From positions 736,001 through 800,000 of the forward strand of contig CAVXLD010000003.1 in the NCBI GenBank assembly GCA_963762565.1: a stretch of 64,000 nt of DNA. The letters are read 5' to 3'. The DNA is from an uncultured Verrucomicrobiae bacterium (GTDB lineage Bacteria > Verrucomicrobiota > Verrucomicrobiia > Chthoniobacterales > JAFAMB01). The position numbers and the translations under genes are program-made. Position 1 is the stretch's first letter. Each line of letters begins with the position of its first letter. Positions 39,283 through 50,369 of the stretch are shown here, in pieces. The notes below the pieces were generated by a model. It did not search any database. It saw only the letters and a list, made by a program, of their open reading frames with translations, and was not told the origin of the DNA.

Positions 39283-40498
39283 TATGAATTTAGCTGACCT
39301 AAGACGTACGGGACATTGGCCCACTTTGTTGTCTGCTTTTCTTTATTTTGATCTGAGTTTCATGGTTTGGACGGTCCTCGGTCCGTTGGCGGCGCAAATT
39401 GGAGAATACCTCAAATTATCGCCTGGACCAGAAAGGGTTGATGGTCGCAGATCCCGATCTTGGCCGGCGCGGTCTTGCGGATCTTGCTCGGTTTGCTGGT
39501 GGACCGGATCGGCGCCAAGAACACCGGGATCCTGGCTCAACTCATTGTGATCGCCGGTCTTCTCCTGGCGTGGGCGATCGGGCTGAATTCATTTCCAGCG
39601 GCTCTCGCGCTCGGTGCAATCTTAGGTTTTGCCGGCGCAAGTTTCGCAGTCGCCTTACCGCAAGCTGGACGTTGGTACCCGCCCAATCTTCAAGGGTTCG
39701 TGCTGGTTTGGCTGGAGCCAGCAACATCGGGGTGGTGCTCGACAGCTTGCTTGCTCCTCGATTAGCGACCGCCTACGGCTGGCGAACAGTGTTTGGGCTA
39801 GCCGTGATCCCGGCGGTGGTTGTTTTGGTGATTTATGTGTTGGTCTCGCGCGGGAGTTCCGCGGACCGGAGCTCCGCCCAGACGGTTAACCGATTATCTT
39901 GTCCTTGTTACGTGATCAGGACGCGCATTGGTTCTGCTTTTATTATACGGTTAGTTTCGGCGGTTTTGTTGGGCTCGCCAGTTCGTACGTCCTCATCTTT
40001 AAGGATGAATTCGCGATTTCTCCGGTGAGTGCCGGCGACCTGGCCGCCGTCTGCACCTTTGCCGGTGCTGTCCTACGGCCAATCGGCGGTGGAACTGCCG
40101 ACCGGTTCGGCGGTATCCGGGTTCTCCATTGGTTTTATTTCGGGGCAGCCTTGTTCCTGATATTGAGTATACTTGTCTAGCCAGATCGCGACGAAACTGC
40201 TGTTCTTTCACCGCTGCATCTGGAGCTCTGGGAATGGCTAATGGAGCAGTGGTTCAGCTGCTTCCTCAACGTTTCGGGAAAGAAATCGGCTTGATGGCCC
40301 GGCCTCGTTGGCGCAGGCGGCGGAGTCGGCGGTTTTTATCTGGCGAGCTCACTTGGTTATTCCAAAGCCGTGACTGGCTCGTTCACGCTCGGGTTCTTAA
40401 TTTTTCCGGCTCTATGTCTGGTTGCATTGGGCGCTCTCGGCCTGGTGAAAGTTCGTTGGCGTGACGCGTGGGGAGCCATGGCTGATGCGCGGATATAG
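39283..40498 (+). CDS. narK: Nitrate/nitrite MFS transporter (NarK/NasA type), multiple frameshifts
   Basis: GHWPTLLSAFLYFDLSFMVW, GFAGASFAVALP, FYYTVSFGGFVG and LGMANGAV in different frames. Confidence 0.82.
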
Positions 40499-40597
40499 GG
40501 GCCTCTTTCGTCCTCGTGCTCGGGGACGCAGGGCGCCTGGGAAAAATGTAGCGCGGAGTAAATGGAAAGGTGAGTGGAGTAACGGAGTGGTGGAGTA

Positions 40598-42218
40598 ATG
40601 GGGGAACTGGCAAAATCAACGATCACCGCAAAGCAGCTGATTGAAGAGGCTCTCGCCGAACAGCGGCTTTTCACGCCGGTAGCTGAGTTTAGTCGCAGGC
40701 ATCCAAAACGCTGGCGAGGGGGATTCAGTTAGTCTCAGTATCAAGATCTGATCCCGCTTTCCGCACCTGGTGCAGGGCGAACAATACGCGTTTACGGTAG
40801 ATCTTGATTCTTGCTCAGGTTGTAAAGCGTGTGTGAGCGCTTGCCATAGCCTGAACAGGCTGATGATGAACCTGGCGCGACGTCGGACTCCTCTTCGGCT
40901 CAACCGTTGACGGGTCGGTGCTACAGACAATCACCGCTGCCTGCCATCATTGTCTGGAGCCCGCTTGCCAACTCGGGTGCCCGGTGAAATGCTTATGATA
41001 AGGACCCAGTAACCGGCATTGTGCGGCACTTGGATGATCAATGTATCGGTTGCCAATATTGCATCTTCAAATGCCCGTATGATGTACCCGAATATTCGCC
41101 GGCGCGCGGCATTGTGCGGAAGTGCGATATGTGCCATCAACGGCTTGGCGTTGGGGAGGCTCCGGCTTGCGTGCAAGCCTGTCCCACTCATGCGATCCGA
41201 ATCACCAAGGTGAGTCGGGCTGAGGTCCTGGCGCAGTCACCCAGTCCACTCGTGCCTGGCGCCACTGACTCTGGGTACACCAAACCCACAACGCGTTACC
41301 TGCGACAAACACCGTTACCCGCCGCTTTGGAGACTCCTCCTGAGCGCTCCATTAGACGCGAGCACGCACACCTGCCTTTAGTGGCGATGTTATGTCTTAC
41401 CCAATGGTCCCTCGGCTGTTTCGTTGTTTTCCTCATCCTAAATCTACGAACGGCGGGAGCGCGTCCGCCTCGAGCCAGCTCACCGCCGCCTCTTTGTTGA
41501 CCGTGACCGGTGTGTTTACCCTTCTTGCCGGAATCGGGGCCAGCTTATTTCACTTAGGCCGGCCGTTTCAGGCCTGGAAAGCGTTTCTAGGTTTTCGGAC
41601 TTCGTGGTTAAGCCGCGAAATTGTGATGTTTGGTGTTTACGCATTTGCGTGCCTGGTATGGAACGTTTGGTTCTTGCGAGCTGCTCTCGGGTGTTTCACC
41701 GCGGTTGATCACGCTATGCTCACCACATTGATCGTTCTCGGTGCGGTCGCTGTTTATTGCTCGATCATGGTGTATGTCGATACCCGCCGCGCTTTTTGGC
41801 GCTGGGCGTTGACTGCTCCGAAATTCGCTGGGACCGCGATATTACTCGGTCTAGGGGCCGGATTTCTTTTTGTGATCGAGATGCGGTAATTGCGACCGGG
41901 TTGATGGCGGTATCGTTGCTCAAACTCGTTTTCGAAGCCGGGTTCCTCCTGATTCATGCCCGGAGCACCGATCGGAGCCCAAACAAACGGAGCGCCTCGG
42001 TCATGCTGCGGGCTTGTAGCCCAACCGTAATCTGGCGTTTCATCTTTGGAGTACTCGGCGGCGTTGTTATTCCGATGCTCGCACTAGGCGCTACACTTCC
42101 TCTCAATGTAAAATTGGTTGCGTTCTGTCTGTGTCTTTCCGGAGAAATTTTAGAGCGCGTTCTATTTTTTGAAGCGGTAGTCCCCGATCACATGCCAGGC
42201 ATATCGCTACGCGAATAG
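40598..42218 (+). CDS. 4Fe-4S dicluster (DmsB-like) fused to DmsC-type membrane anchor, frameshifted
   Basis: [50 protein letters not shown]. Confidence 0.8.
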
Positions 42219-42258
42219 CCAATAGCCAATAGCCGATAGCCAAAATGGGGTCGCCACG

Positions 42259-42447
42259 CGTGGAGCGTTGCCTCGCTTGCGAGGCCGTGGTGAGCAGGGC
42301 TGAGGACGAGGCACTCCAATAGACGGGCTTCGCTCTCTCGTGCGTATAAACGGCCTGAACTGCGATACAGAGCGCTGACAACAATTGGGTATCCATCACG
42401 ATATTCCTTGTTCACCATCGGCCTCGCAAGCGAGGCAACGCTCCACG
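42259..42447. repeat. Palindromic repeat family B copy flanked by CAATAGC/GCTATTG arrays
   Basis: About 35-bp inverted arms. Confidence 0.85.
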
Positions 42448-42541
42448 GGCCGCGGCCCATTTGGCTATTGGCTATCGGCTATGCGCGCAGCGCGCAGCGC
42501 CCGGTACGCGACCTGCTGATTACTAATCCAAGTAGTTAGGG

Positions 42542-44950
42542 ATGAACGTAAGACCTCTATTAAATCGTGCGGCTAGTTTTCTGCGTCGCTGGGACGGCCG
42601 ATTGACCCAGGAGCTGGTGCTGCATCCGAGCGAGTTCGGGTTAGGCAAGGTGCCCGCCCGGTTGCAACCGGACGATGTGACGTCAATGATCTGTGGGTTC
42701 TGTTCCACGGGATGTTCCCTCAATCTTCATCTGAAGAAAGGGCAAGCCGTTAATGTGACACCGGACCGCGATTATCCGGTCAACTTGGGCATGGCTTGTC
42801 CTAAAGGTTGGGAAGCGTTGACGCCGCTGAGCGCGCATGACCGGGCGACGAAGCCGCTGCTCCGCGGGAAGCAGGGAGATTTAGAGCCGGTCGATTGGGA
42901 TACTGCCCTTCAAGTATTCACCCTTCGGTTCAAAGCGATCATGGAACAGCACGGACCGGAATCAGTCGCTTTTATCAGTACCGGCCAAATTGTTTCCGAA
43001 GAAATGGCGCTCTTGGGTGCACTGGCCAAGTTCGGCATGGGGATGGTTCACGGTGACGGTAACACCCGCCAATGCATGGCCACAGCGGTTACGGCTTATA
43101 AAGAATCTTTTGGTTTCGATGCGCCTCCCTACACCTATCAGGACCTTGAAGAATCTGATGTGATCGTCTTGGTCGGCTCAAATCTTTGCATCGCCCACCC
43201 GATCCTTTGGCAGCGGATTTGCCGGAATCGTCATAACCCAGAAATCATTGTGATTGATCCGCGGGCCACCGAGACGGCGCTGGCCGCCACTCAGCATTAC
43301 GCGATTAAGCCAAAGTCTGATCTTCTGCTCTTTTACGCGTTAGCGAATCGATTCATGAAACGAGGATGGCTAAAGCGCGAGTTTATTAAGGCGCACACTG
43401 AAGGGTTTGCCGAGTTCGCGGACTACGTCACCCAAATTTCTCCGGAGCGGGTTTTACCCAAGATCGGTTTGACCACTGCCGAGTTTGCTTGCCTGGCTGA
43501 TACCATTCATCGAGGCCGTCGCGTGTCGTTTTGGTGGACCATGGGCGTGAACCAGGGCCACGAGGCAACCCGGACCGCGCAGGCCATCATCAATCTCGCG
43601 TTAATGACCGGTAACATCGGGCGGCCCGGGACCGGAGCGAACTCGATTACCGGCCAATGCAACGCGATGGGGTCACGGCTATTCAGCAACACCACTAACC
43701 TGTTGGGCGGCCATGATTTTGCCGATCCGGTCCATCGAGACAAGGTCGCTCATATTTTGCACATCAGGCCTGAGTTAATCCCGACCCGGAACAGCCTGGC
43801 CTACGACCAGATTTTGCAGGGTGTGGCTGACGGCAAAATCAAAGGGCTATGGATCATTGCCACAAATCCCGGCCATTCCTGGATCCATCAGAAGAGTTTT
43901 CACGAAGCCGCCAAACAACTCGATTTCTGCGTGGTGCAAGACATGTATCACACCACGGAGACGGCTCAGGTGGCGCACCTGCTATTACCCGCGGCTGGGT
44001 GGGGGGAGAAAGAGGGCACCTTTATCAATTCAGAACGGCGAATCGGGTTAGTAAAAAAAGTCTCACGGGCGCCCGGCGAAGCACTCGCTGATTTCCATAT
44101 TTTCAAGTTGATCGCCCAATATTGGGGCTGCGGTGATCTGTTCCGGCGCTGGACCTCTCCAGAAGCAGTCTTTCAGATCATCAAAGAGGTAACCCGAGGC
44201 CAACCCTGCGATATCACCGGAATCGAAAATTACCACATGATCGAAGCCGCCGGCGGCATCCAATGGCCGTACCCGGAGAACAACGTGCGCCAGACTTCGC
44301 CCGGTCGTTTGAAACTCCCGGAGGCTACGTCTGGCAAACCGGCGACAACGCCAGCTTGGAGGGGAGCCGCTTTAGCACGTGCGAAACGATCTCGTGAACT
44401 TAGTTCCAACGCTGACCCGGCCGGAAACCCCGATCAACAAGCGGCTCCCGGGAACGGCCCGGCGAAAAGCAATTCTATCGGCTCTCCCCAAGTCCCTAAC
44501 CAACGCCGTCTGTTCGAGGATGGCCGATTTTTTCATCGCGATGGCCGGGCCCGTTTCCGATTTGATCAGCCAACGCGCGCACCGGAATTGCCGGATTCCG
44601 AATACCCGTTCTACCTTTTAACCGGACGAGGAACCTCGGCTCAATGGCATACCCAATCGCGAACCGCTAAATCAGCTGTTCTACGCAAGCTATATCCCGA
44701 CCAGATCTATATCGAGATCAATCCTGACGACGCCAAACAATTAGGGACAGAAACCGGCGAACTGGTCCAGGTCAGTTCCCGGCGCGGCCAATTGGAAGCA
44801 GTGGCCTTTGTTACGGGCACGGTCGCACCGGGGCAGGTCTTCATCCCGATGCACTACGTAGCGACTAACCAACTGACCTTCCCAGCATTCGATCCCTGGT
44901 CACGCCAACCCTCCTATAAATCAGCCGCGGTGAAAATAGCTAGGTGCTAG
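42542..44950 (+). CDS. nasA: Assimilatory-type nitrate reductase catalytic subunit (molybdopterin), with internal insertion
   Basis: CGFCSTGC...[44 protein letters not shown]. Confidence 0.9.
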   Translation: MNVRPLLNRAASFLRRWDGRLTQELVLHPSEFGLGKVPARLQPDDVTSMICGFCSTGCSLNLHLKKGQAVNVTPDRDYPVNLGMACPKGWEALTPLSAHDRATKPLLRGKQGDLEPVDWDTALQVFTLRFKAIMEQHGPESVAFISTGQIVSEEMALLGALAKFGMGMVHGDGNTRQCMATAVTAYKESFGFDAPPYTYQDLEESDVIVLVGSNLCIAHPILWQRICRNRHNPEIIVIDPRATETALAATQHYAIKPKSDLLLFYALANRFMKRGWLKREFIKAHTEGFAEFADYVTQISPERVLPKIGLTTAEFACLADTIHRGRRVSFWWTMGVNQGHEATRTAQAIINLALMTGNIGRPGTGANSITGQCNAMGSRLFSNTTNLLGGHDFADPVHRDKVAHILHIRPELIPTRNSLAYDQILQGVADGKIKGLWIIATNPGHSWIHQKSFHEAAKQLDFCVVQDMYHTTETAQVAHLLLPAAGWGEKEGTFINSERRIGLVKKVSRAPGEALADFHIFKLIAQYWGCGDLFRRWTSPEAVFQIIKEVTRGQPCDITGIENYHMIEAAGGIQWPYPENNVRQTSPGRLKLPEATSGKPATTPAWRGAALARAKRSRELSSNADPAGNPDQQAAPGNGPAKSNSIGSPQVPNQRRLFEDGRFFHRDGRARFRFDQPTRAPELPDSEYPFYLLTGRGTSAQWHTQSRTAKSAVLRKLYPDQIYIEINPDDAKQLGTETGELVQVSSRRGQLEAVAFVTGTVAPGQVFIPMHYVATNQLTFPAFDPWSRQPSYKSAAVKIARC
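44356..44455. mobile_element. Half family A element inserted in frame inside nasA
   Basis: TGGAGGGGAGCCGCTTTAG ... CAAGCGGCTCCCGGGAAC. Confidence 0.8.
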
Positions 44951-44964
44951 GCACCCGGCACTTC

Positions 44965-45110
44965 GTTCTTCCGACTTCGCCAATGTTCTGGTTGTGGAGC
45001 GCGCCTCGCTTGCGAGGCCGACTTCGAGCGGTTGGCAACATAGAGCGTGGGCTTCGTCGGACAAGCTGTCCTCGAATCCGGTCGCGCGGAGTGCTGGAGT
45101 ATTGCGCCGG
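44965..45110. repeat. Composite repeat, sibling of 11600-11750
   Basis: Shared blocks over about 150 bp. Confidence 0.8.
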
Positions 45111-45129
45111 CCAGGGATGGAGATTTGGT

Positions 45130-45543
45130 CTAGCCGACGGTCCCATCCTTTCGGCGGTGCAAGGAAAACCTGTTCCCTTCACTGTCTTCGCATTGAGACA
45201 CGTAACAGACCGGGCCTTCGATCGTTGGTACATGGACTTTCCCACCGAATTGAGTCACGCGTTGCGTGGATGCTTCGACATCCTCGACCGAAATCATTGC
45301 TCCGCCACACTCTCGCCAGGGAAAAGAACTAGATAGACCCAGCCCGAAGGTTTGACCGGTCGGTAGCGTATATTCAACTCCTTGCCATTCGCCGGCCTCG
45401 TTGACGAACGTTGGCTGAAAACCGAGTCCTTGCTCGTAAAACCTTCTCCCTCGAGCGAGGTCCTTGACCATGTAGTAGACCGCGTCAATGCCGCGGGGGG
45501 AAGAAATCGGCGCAGATGTAGTGTCCACGCCCAAAAAAAGCAT
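45130..45543 (-). CDS. VOC/glyoxalase family protein
   Basis: VKDLARGRRFYEQGLG, ISVEDV, DSEGN.F.L. Confidence 0.85.
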   Translation of the reverse strand: MLFLGVDTTSAPISSPRGIDAVYYMVKDLARGRRFYEQGLGFQPTFVNEAGEWQGVEYTLPTGQTFGLGLSSSFPWRECGGAMISVEDVEASTQRVTQFGGKVHVPTIEGPVCYVSQCEDSEGNRFSLHRRKDGTVG

Positions 45544-45663
45544 AGATCCGGTGGCTGGCTACAAGGTTTAATGAAATCGCCGTATTATTTCGATCCTCAA
45601 AGAAGAAGAGTTAGCAATCACTTGTAAAACGCCAAAAAATTTGGTTTCTATTCCCGCATTCGA

Positions 45664-46065
45664 ATGGGAAAAATCGCTCGACGCCCGTTCAATCCAAAGA
45701 AAGAAGTCTCCGTCCTGGCCTGGATCGAAGATGACCAAGGAGGTGTCCTATTCGTTCGGCAAGCGTTAGGCCGAAGGCATTGGACACTGCCCGGTGGGAA
45801 AGTCAAACAAAGCGAATCACTTAAATCAGCTCTCTCGCGGGAGGTGCGCGAGGAAACCGGCCTGGCTGTAGCCACCTGTTCTTACCGGCAAATGTACGAC
45901 CGTCCAAAACGTGGCGCGATCACCATCCTTTTCCGAGTAATGGTTAAACGCCACGCAACCCGGTTGCTCTTTCCCACGCAAGAAATCGCCGACCTTGCAT
46001 TTTTCCGCCATCTCCCGGTACCCGCTACTCCATCTGCCAGATTCTTTTGGAAATCGGAACGCTAA
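45664..46065 (+). CDS. NUDIX hydrolase
   Basis: WTLPGGKVKQSES...ALSREVREETGL Nudix box. Confidence 0.9.
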   Translation: MGKIARRPFNPKKEVSVLAWIEDDQGGVLFVRQALGRRHWTLPGGKVKQSESLKSALSREVREETGLAVATCSYRQMYDRPKRGAITILFRVMVKRHATRLLFPTQEIADLAFFRHLPVPATPSARFFWKSER

Positions 46066-46079
46066 AACGCCCCGTGAGG

Positions 46080-46470
46080 GCTTCGTTCTCGTTCTCGTCG
46101 TCGTCCTTCCGCCTTCGCCGACTCCTTGGGGTGGCTTCGATTTTGCGGACAGGGCTCAGGGAGGTTTTTGTCCCGAAGGGACTACAGGACTCAGCCTGGG
46201 GTTTTAACCCCAGGAATACGTTCAAAAACGATCCGCCCTGAAGGGGCGGCAGAAAGTTGGGACCGGCGGCTTGTTTGGTTAGCGTCTTAACTATCTGAGG
46301 AACCGATTCTACCGCCCTCTTCAGGGCGGCGCCTTATTCTACCGACACCTGGGGTTAAAACCCCAGGCTAAGTCCTATAGTCCCTTCGGGACAAAGAGCT
46401 GACAGCTGTCCACAAAATCGAAGCCACTCCGCTCGAACGGATTCAAGGACGAGGACGAGCACGAAGCGCC
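46080..46470. repeat. Nested repeat: family F arms around a family E REP-like element
   Basis: GTCCCGAAGGGAC..CCTGGGGTTTTAACCCCAGG..CCGCCCTGAAGGGGCGG and mirror image to GTCCCTTCGGGAC (46167-46395). Confidence 0.82.
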
Positions 46471-46583
46471 CTGATGAGGAACAACCTATTCATCGCGATA
46501 TTGCCAAGAAAGACGCACCCAGATACCATCGCGCGGTAGGGACCCTGCGAAGTCGCGGGTGGCTTCCGATGACCTTTCTATAA

Positions 46584-47030
46584 ATGAACAGTTGCTTAGT
46601 GCGAACCGTTCTCCGGACGAGGCGGTTGATTCCACTTCTTATCCTATCCGGACTCTTGTCCAGTTGTGGCGTGGGTTGGGAGAGCTACGTATACCTCCGC
46701 CACAATCCGAGCGTTCCGCCCAACGCGGTGGTTGCTGTTGTCGGCAAAATAAAAGGCGTATCGATTGTCAGTCCTCCTGCTAAAAAGTTGCCTCCAGACA
46801 CCGTTCTCAACAGTGTTCAGGTTAAGCGAGGAGACATCGTTGCCGTCGTTATGTTTCCGACGCGAGCTGGCTTGAAGAACCGCTTATCGTCAATCGTTAT
46901 TGGCACCCAAACGCAATCCGCCGACGGCAAGACCTTCGTGTCAGATCTCGCCGCCAAGCTGCAAGCGAGGTTTGGGGACCCCGCTCGTAAACCGGAGATC
47001 GCCCGATCGGTCAAAGATCATGGCCAGTAG
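46584..47030 (+). CDS. Hypothetical lipoprotein
   Basis: Basic N-terminus, hydrophobic stretch, lipobox LSSC. Confidence 0.6.
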   Translation: MNSCLVRTVLRTRRLIPLLILSGLLSSCGVGWESYVYLRHNPSVPPNAVVAVVGKIKGVSIVSPPAKKLPPDTVLNSVQVKRGDIVAVVMFPTRAGLKNRLSSIVIGTQTQSADGKTFVSDLAAKLQARFGDPARKPEIARSVKDHGQ

Positions 47031-47291
47031 TTGAACAGCGAGAAGGCGCCCAGGAGGGTGGCGCGGAAAGTAATCAGTAGGTCAGTAATCAGTGCGGAAA
47101 CGAAGGAAAACGAGCCCGCAGCGGCAGCCGTGAGGCGATTCGGGCAGCGCGTCTGGTTTCATATAGGTCCCATAGAGCCTGTCTGTTCCACCTCCCACGA
47201 TTAGTTCTGCCCCCGAGCTCTGCCACCACCCACCGCGAAACCGCCTCACCGATACCCTAGACACCAGCCGCGCCTGGACTACGATCTCTAA

Positions 47292-47867
47292 ATGATTCGC
47301 CAGGCGCTCCCCGACGACGCACCGGACGCCCTACCCTTGATCCTAGAAGCGATCGGATCGATCGCGTATGTTCTGGCCGGAACAAAGGTTCTGGCTGAGG
47401 CCATGTCGATTCTTGAGCGATTCTTTGAAGAGGAAGGGAATCGTGTCAGTCACCAAAACGCGTTGGTCATAGAAGAATCGAAACCGAACGTGGGAGGCCC
47501 GCGGATACTCGGTGTCGCCATCAGTTATGATGGGTCCGTGGCCAGGGAACTGGACGAACCCTTGGAAAGAGCCGCCCAGCTACAGTCCGGCTCTTCCGAC
47601 TATAAAATCCCGACTGAAGCCGAACCGGATGAGTTTTATTTGGATACCGTTAGCGTGAATCGCAATTGCCAAGGACGAGGAATTGGCCGGCAATTGATCG
47701 AAGCCGTGTGCGAGCGGGGACGTCAAGTCGGCCGCAAACGCATCGGCCTCCTTGTCGACGTAACCAATCCCGATGCCAAACGGTTGTACGAACGGCTGCA
47801 ATTCCGCGTAAACAAACGCAGAGAACTCGCCGGAGAAGAATACTTCCACATGATCCGCGACCTGTAG
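47292..47867 (+). CDS. GNAT acetyltransferase
   Basis: FYLDTVSV..CQGRGIGRQLI, NPDAKRLYERL. Confidence 0.9.
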   Translation: MIRQALPDDAPDALPLILEAIGSIAYVLAGTKVLAEAMSILERFFEEEGNRVSHQNALVIEESKPNVGGPRILGVAISYDGSVARELDEPLERAAQLQSGSSDYKIPTEAEPDEFYLDTVSVNRNCQGRGIGRQLIEAVCERGRQVGRKRIGLLVDVTNPDAKRLYERLQFRVNKRRELAGEEYFHMIRDL

Positions 47868-48276
47868 GATTGGCGCAGGGCCACAGCCTAGACAGGCTGC
47901 CGTGCCCGATTGGATTCCACACAGAAGCAGAGCCGCAACCAAATCGTGCTCGTGCTCGATAGGGAGCGTTCACCCGAAGCGCCTCGATCAAGTGTAAGAG
48001 CCTTGTCATGAGTAAGTACCTTCTGTGTAACCTCTACCCGCGCCAAATTCTCGGAGTACGAGCACGAAAAAATCCATAGATTTACCCGGGCAACTTTCTT
48101 CGATGGCTCTAATCTGCGTCCATCTGCGTTAATCTGCGGTTAGGTTTTCACTAGACGAGAACCAAGCGCCTAGTGACTCAAAACCCCTCAACTGTGGAAT
48201 TGCAGGACGAGCCATTTTGGCGGAGAGTACCCGTGGGTATGTGTAGGGATACGGATCCAATTAAAGGAGTCCTTCT

Positions 48277-48676
48277 ATGAAAGTGAAAGCTCTGTTTTTC
48301 TCGTTGTGTGTCGCGTTAACGCTCTTGTTTCTGCCCGCGCCTAGCTTTGCCTCTGGTGGTTGGCACGGAGGCGGTGGCGGTTGGCATGGAGGCGGCGGCT
48401 GGCACGGCGGTGGGTGGCATGGTGGTGGTTGGGGTGGCCGCGTTGGCGTGGGGGCTGGTATGGAGGCCGGTGGTATGGCGGCGGTTGGGGTTACCCGGGA
48501 TACTGGGGGGGTGGTTATTATCCTTATTATTGGGGCTATGGCTATCCTTATTGGGGCTGGGGCGGTGGTTACTGGGGCGGCGGTTGGGGCGGCTGGCGCG
48601 GGGGTTACTGGCGTGGCGGGTTCCATGGCGGCGGGTTTCACGGCGGCGGGTTCACGGCGGCGGTCACGGGCACTAA
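48277..48676 (+). CDS. Secreted Gly/Trp/Tyr/His-rich low-complexity protein, apparently frameshifted
   Basis: AAGGAG RBS, signal peptide, GGWHGG repeats; continues as GGYW/GGFHGG in other frames (shifts ~48441 and ~48650). Confidence 0.72.
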
Positions 48677-48982
48677 GAATCGGCAAGCTGGAGGATTTTA
48701 CACAAGGTCACGAAGGCAGACTGCTTGGAGTAGAAGAAAAGCTAAGCTTCGACAATGGACTGAGCTGGCCGAATGCCCTGAGCTCAGCCAAAACGTCAAC
48801 AGACCTGAAAGAGTCTTAGCCGCCAGCTGGGAAGTCGGCGGATCTAACCTCCGTTTCCTCTGTTAGCTCCTGTTTAAAGGTTTTGTCTTCGTGTCCTCTC
48901 CGCCGACATCGCCTTGGCGATGTCTGCTTGCGGCCTTCTGGGTTAAGTCCGTAACGGCTCGCTAAAGACTTGGCCCCGACCC

Positions 48983-49399
48983 TCACTTCCTCTCGCGCTC
49001 CATTGCCGCGTCAGTCATTATCACTAGCAAGTGATGTTCAAAGGAATAGCGTGCACTGACTCCCGACGCGTTGTGCCAACTGTTGACAGGCCAGCCGGAT
49101 CCAACCCATTGACCTGGCGCATTCTCCTGCATCAGCGCCTTGAGTTCGTCATCAAAGAGATCGGCGCCTTTGTCGTAGCTAATTTCGTCCACTCTGCCGT
49201 CATAAAAATGGATGAGAATTCTGAAGCCGCCCTTGTTGAACAGCTGATAAACCCTTCCGTTCTCGGCGGTCAGCGTTTTCAGGCAACGACCATAGCGCTT
49301 GAGTACTTGGTCTAGGGTTTCGTCAATTCCGGCCCCTGAGGAATGGCAAAGGACCAGCCAGACAATTGCCGTCAAAAGCCAGGCCACGAAAGCTCTCAT
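48983..49399 (-). CDS. Hypothetical exported protein
   Basis: Signal peptide; ATGA-type overlap with upstream ORF. Confidence 0.6.
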   Translation of the reverse strand: MRAFVAWLLTAIVWLVLCHSSGAGIDETLDQVLKRYGRCLKTLTAENGRVYQLFNKGGFRILIHFYDGRVDEISYDKGADLFDDELKALMQENAPGQWVGSGWPVNSWHNASGVSARYSFEHHLLVIMTDAAMERERK

Positions 49400-49678
49400 C
49401 GATTCGGATCAGGGCTTTCACGGCTGCCGTCTCCTTCAAACTCTAAGTCAGATTCTTTTTGAGGCTCGCGGATCGTAAGGGCTCGGCAAGTGAAATAGAT
49501 CGCGATGATCAACGCGATCGTGGCAGCCCCAAGTGAGAACCAGGCAACGAGCCTCGATATCGCGCCAGTCTGGTCGCCTGCTGTGAGAGGGTCAGAAAGC
49601 CAGCCTAATCCCACCATCACGATGCAGACGATTCCCGTAATGAAAGCCCTTAAAACAAATGCATTCTTGGTAGCCATG
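49396..49678 (-). CDS. Hypothetical two-TM membrane protein
   Basis: From MATKNAF; two hydrophobic helices, charged tail. Confidence 0.55.
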
Positions 49679-49792
49679 AGCGCCACGGGCGAGTCTCGTT
49701 TCCTTGGGCGCGTCTTACCATAAGGGTCACGTCTGAAAGGACAATGAAAACCTAACCGCAGAGGGTATTTCAATCTTGAGCCTAGACGGTCG

Positions 49793-50002
49793 TCACACTC
49801 TAGTCTGCTTTTCAATCGCTGACCTGAGGCTATCCAGGGCTTCGTTCTGAAGGATCAATATTTCTAACAGCCTCCGCAGCAATGTTCGGGTGTCTTCGTC
49901 CGGAACATTCGGGACGTGTGCCAAGACCTGAACACTGGTGATAATCTCGTGAGCATTGGCGATCGAACTAGCGGCCGCAGCCAAGTCTGAATTTTCAGGC
50001 AT
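49793..50002 (-). CDS. Hypothetical small protein
   Basis: 69-aa helical-looking ORF, co-oriented with neighbours. Confidence 0.4.
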   Translation of the reverse strand: MPENSDLAAAASSIANAHEIITSVQVLAHVPNVPDEDTRTLLRRLLEILILQNEALDSLRSAIEKQTRV

Positions 50003-50369
50003 GGTGGCAAATGTGGTCTCAAGCTTCTCAACGGACTATCTCAAACTTTAGACATTCAAAAAAACAGAAACAGATTGTGTTGACATGTCCAATCTGCAGA
50101 TACGTCCCATGGCCAACCCCCGTCTATTGGATGTTCGTCGAAAAGGGAAAACCGAATGATGCTGGGGAATAAAACGCGTATCCCTCGGTCTGCAACGTTG
50201 AGGAGTAAGTCAGTACCCCAACCAGCCACAAACCGGAACCGACCCTTGATGATTCCCATGATCTCGATCGTGACGACGATAGATCGGTGGTCAACGCAAT
50301 TTTCAGCCTCATACAGATGAGAGGTGCGCTACGGCACGCCCAACCCAGAAAACCACAGTACAAACAATT

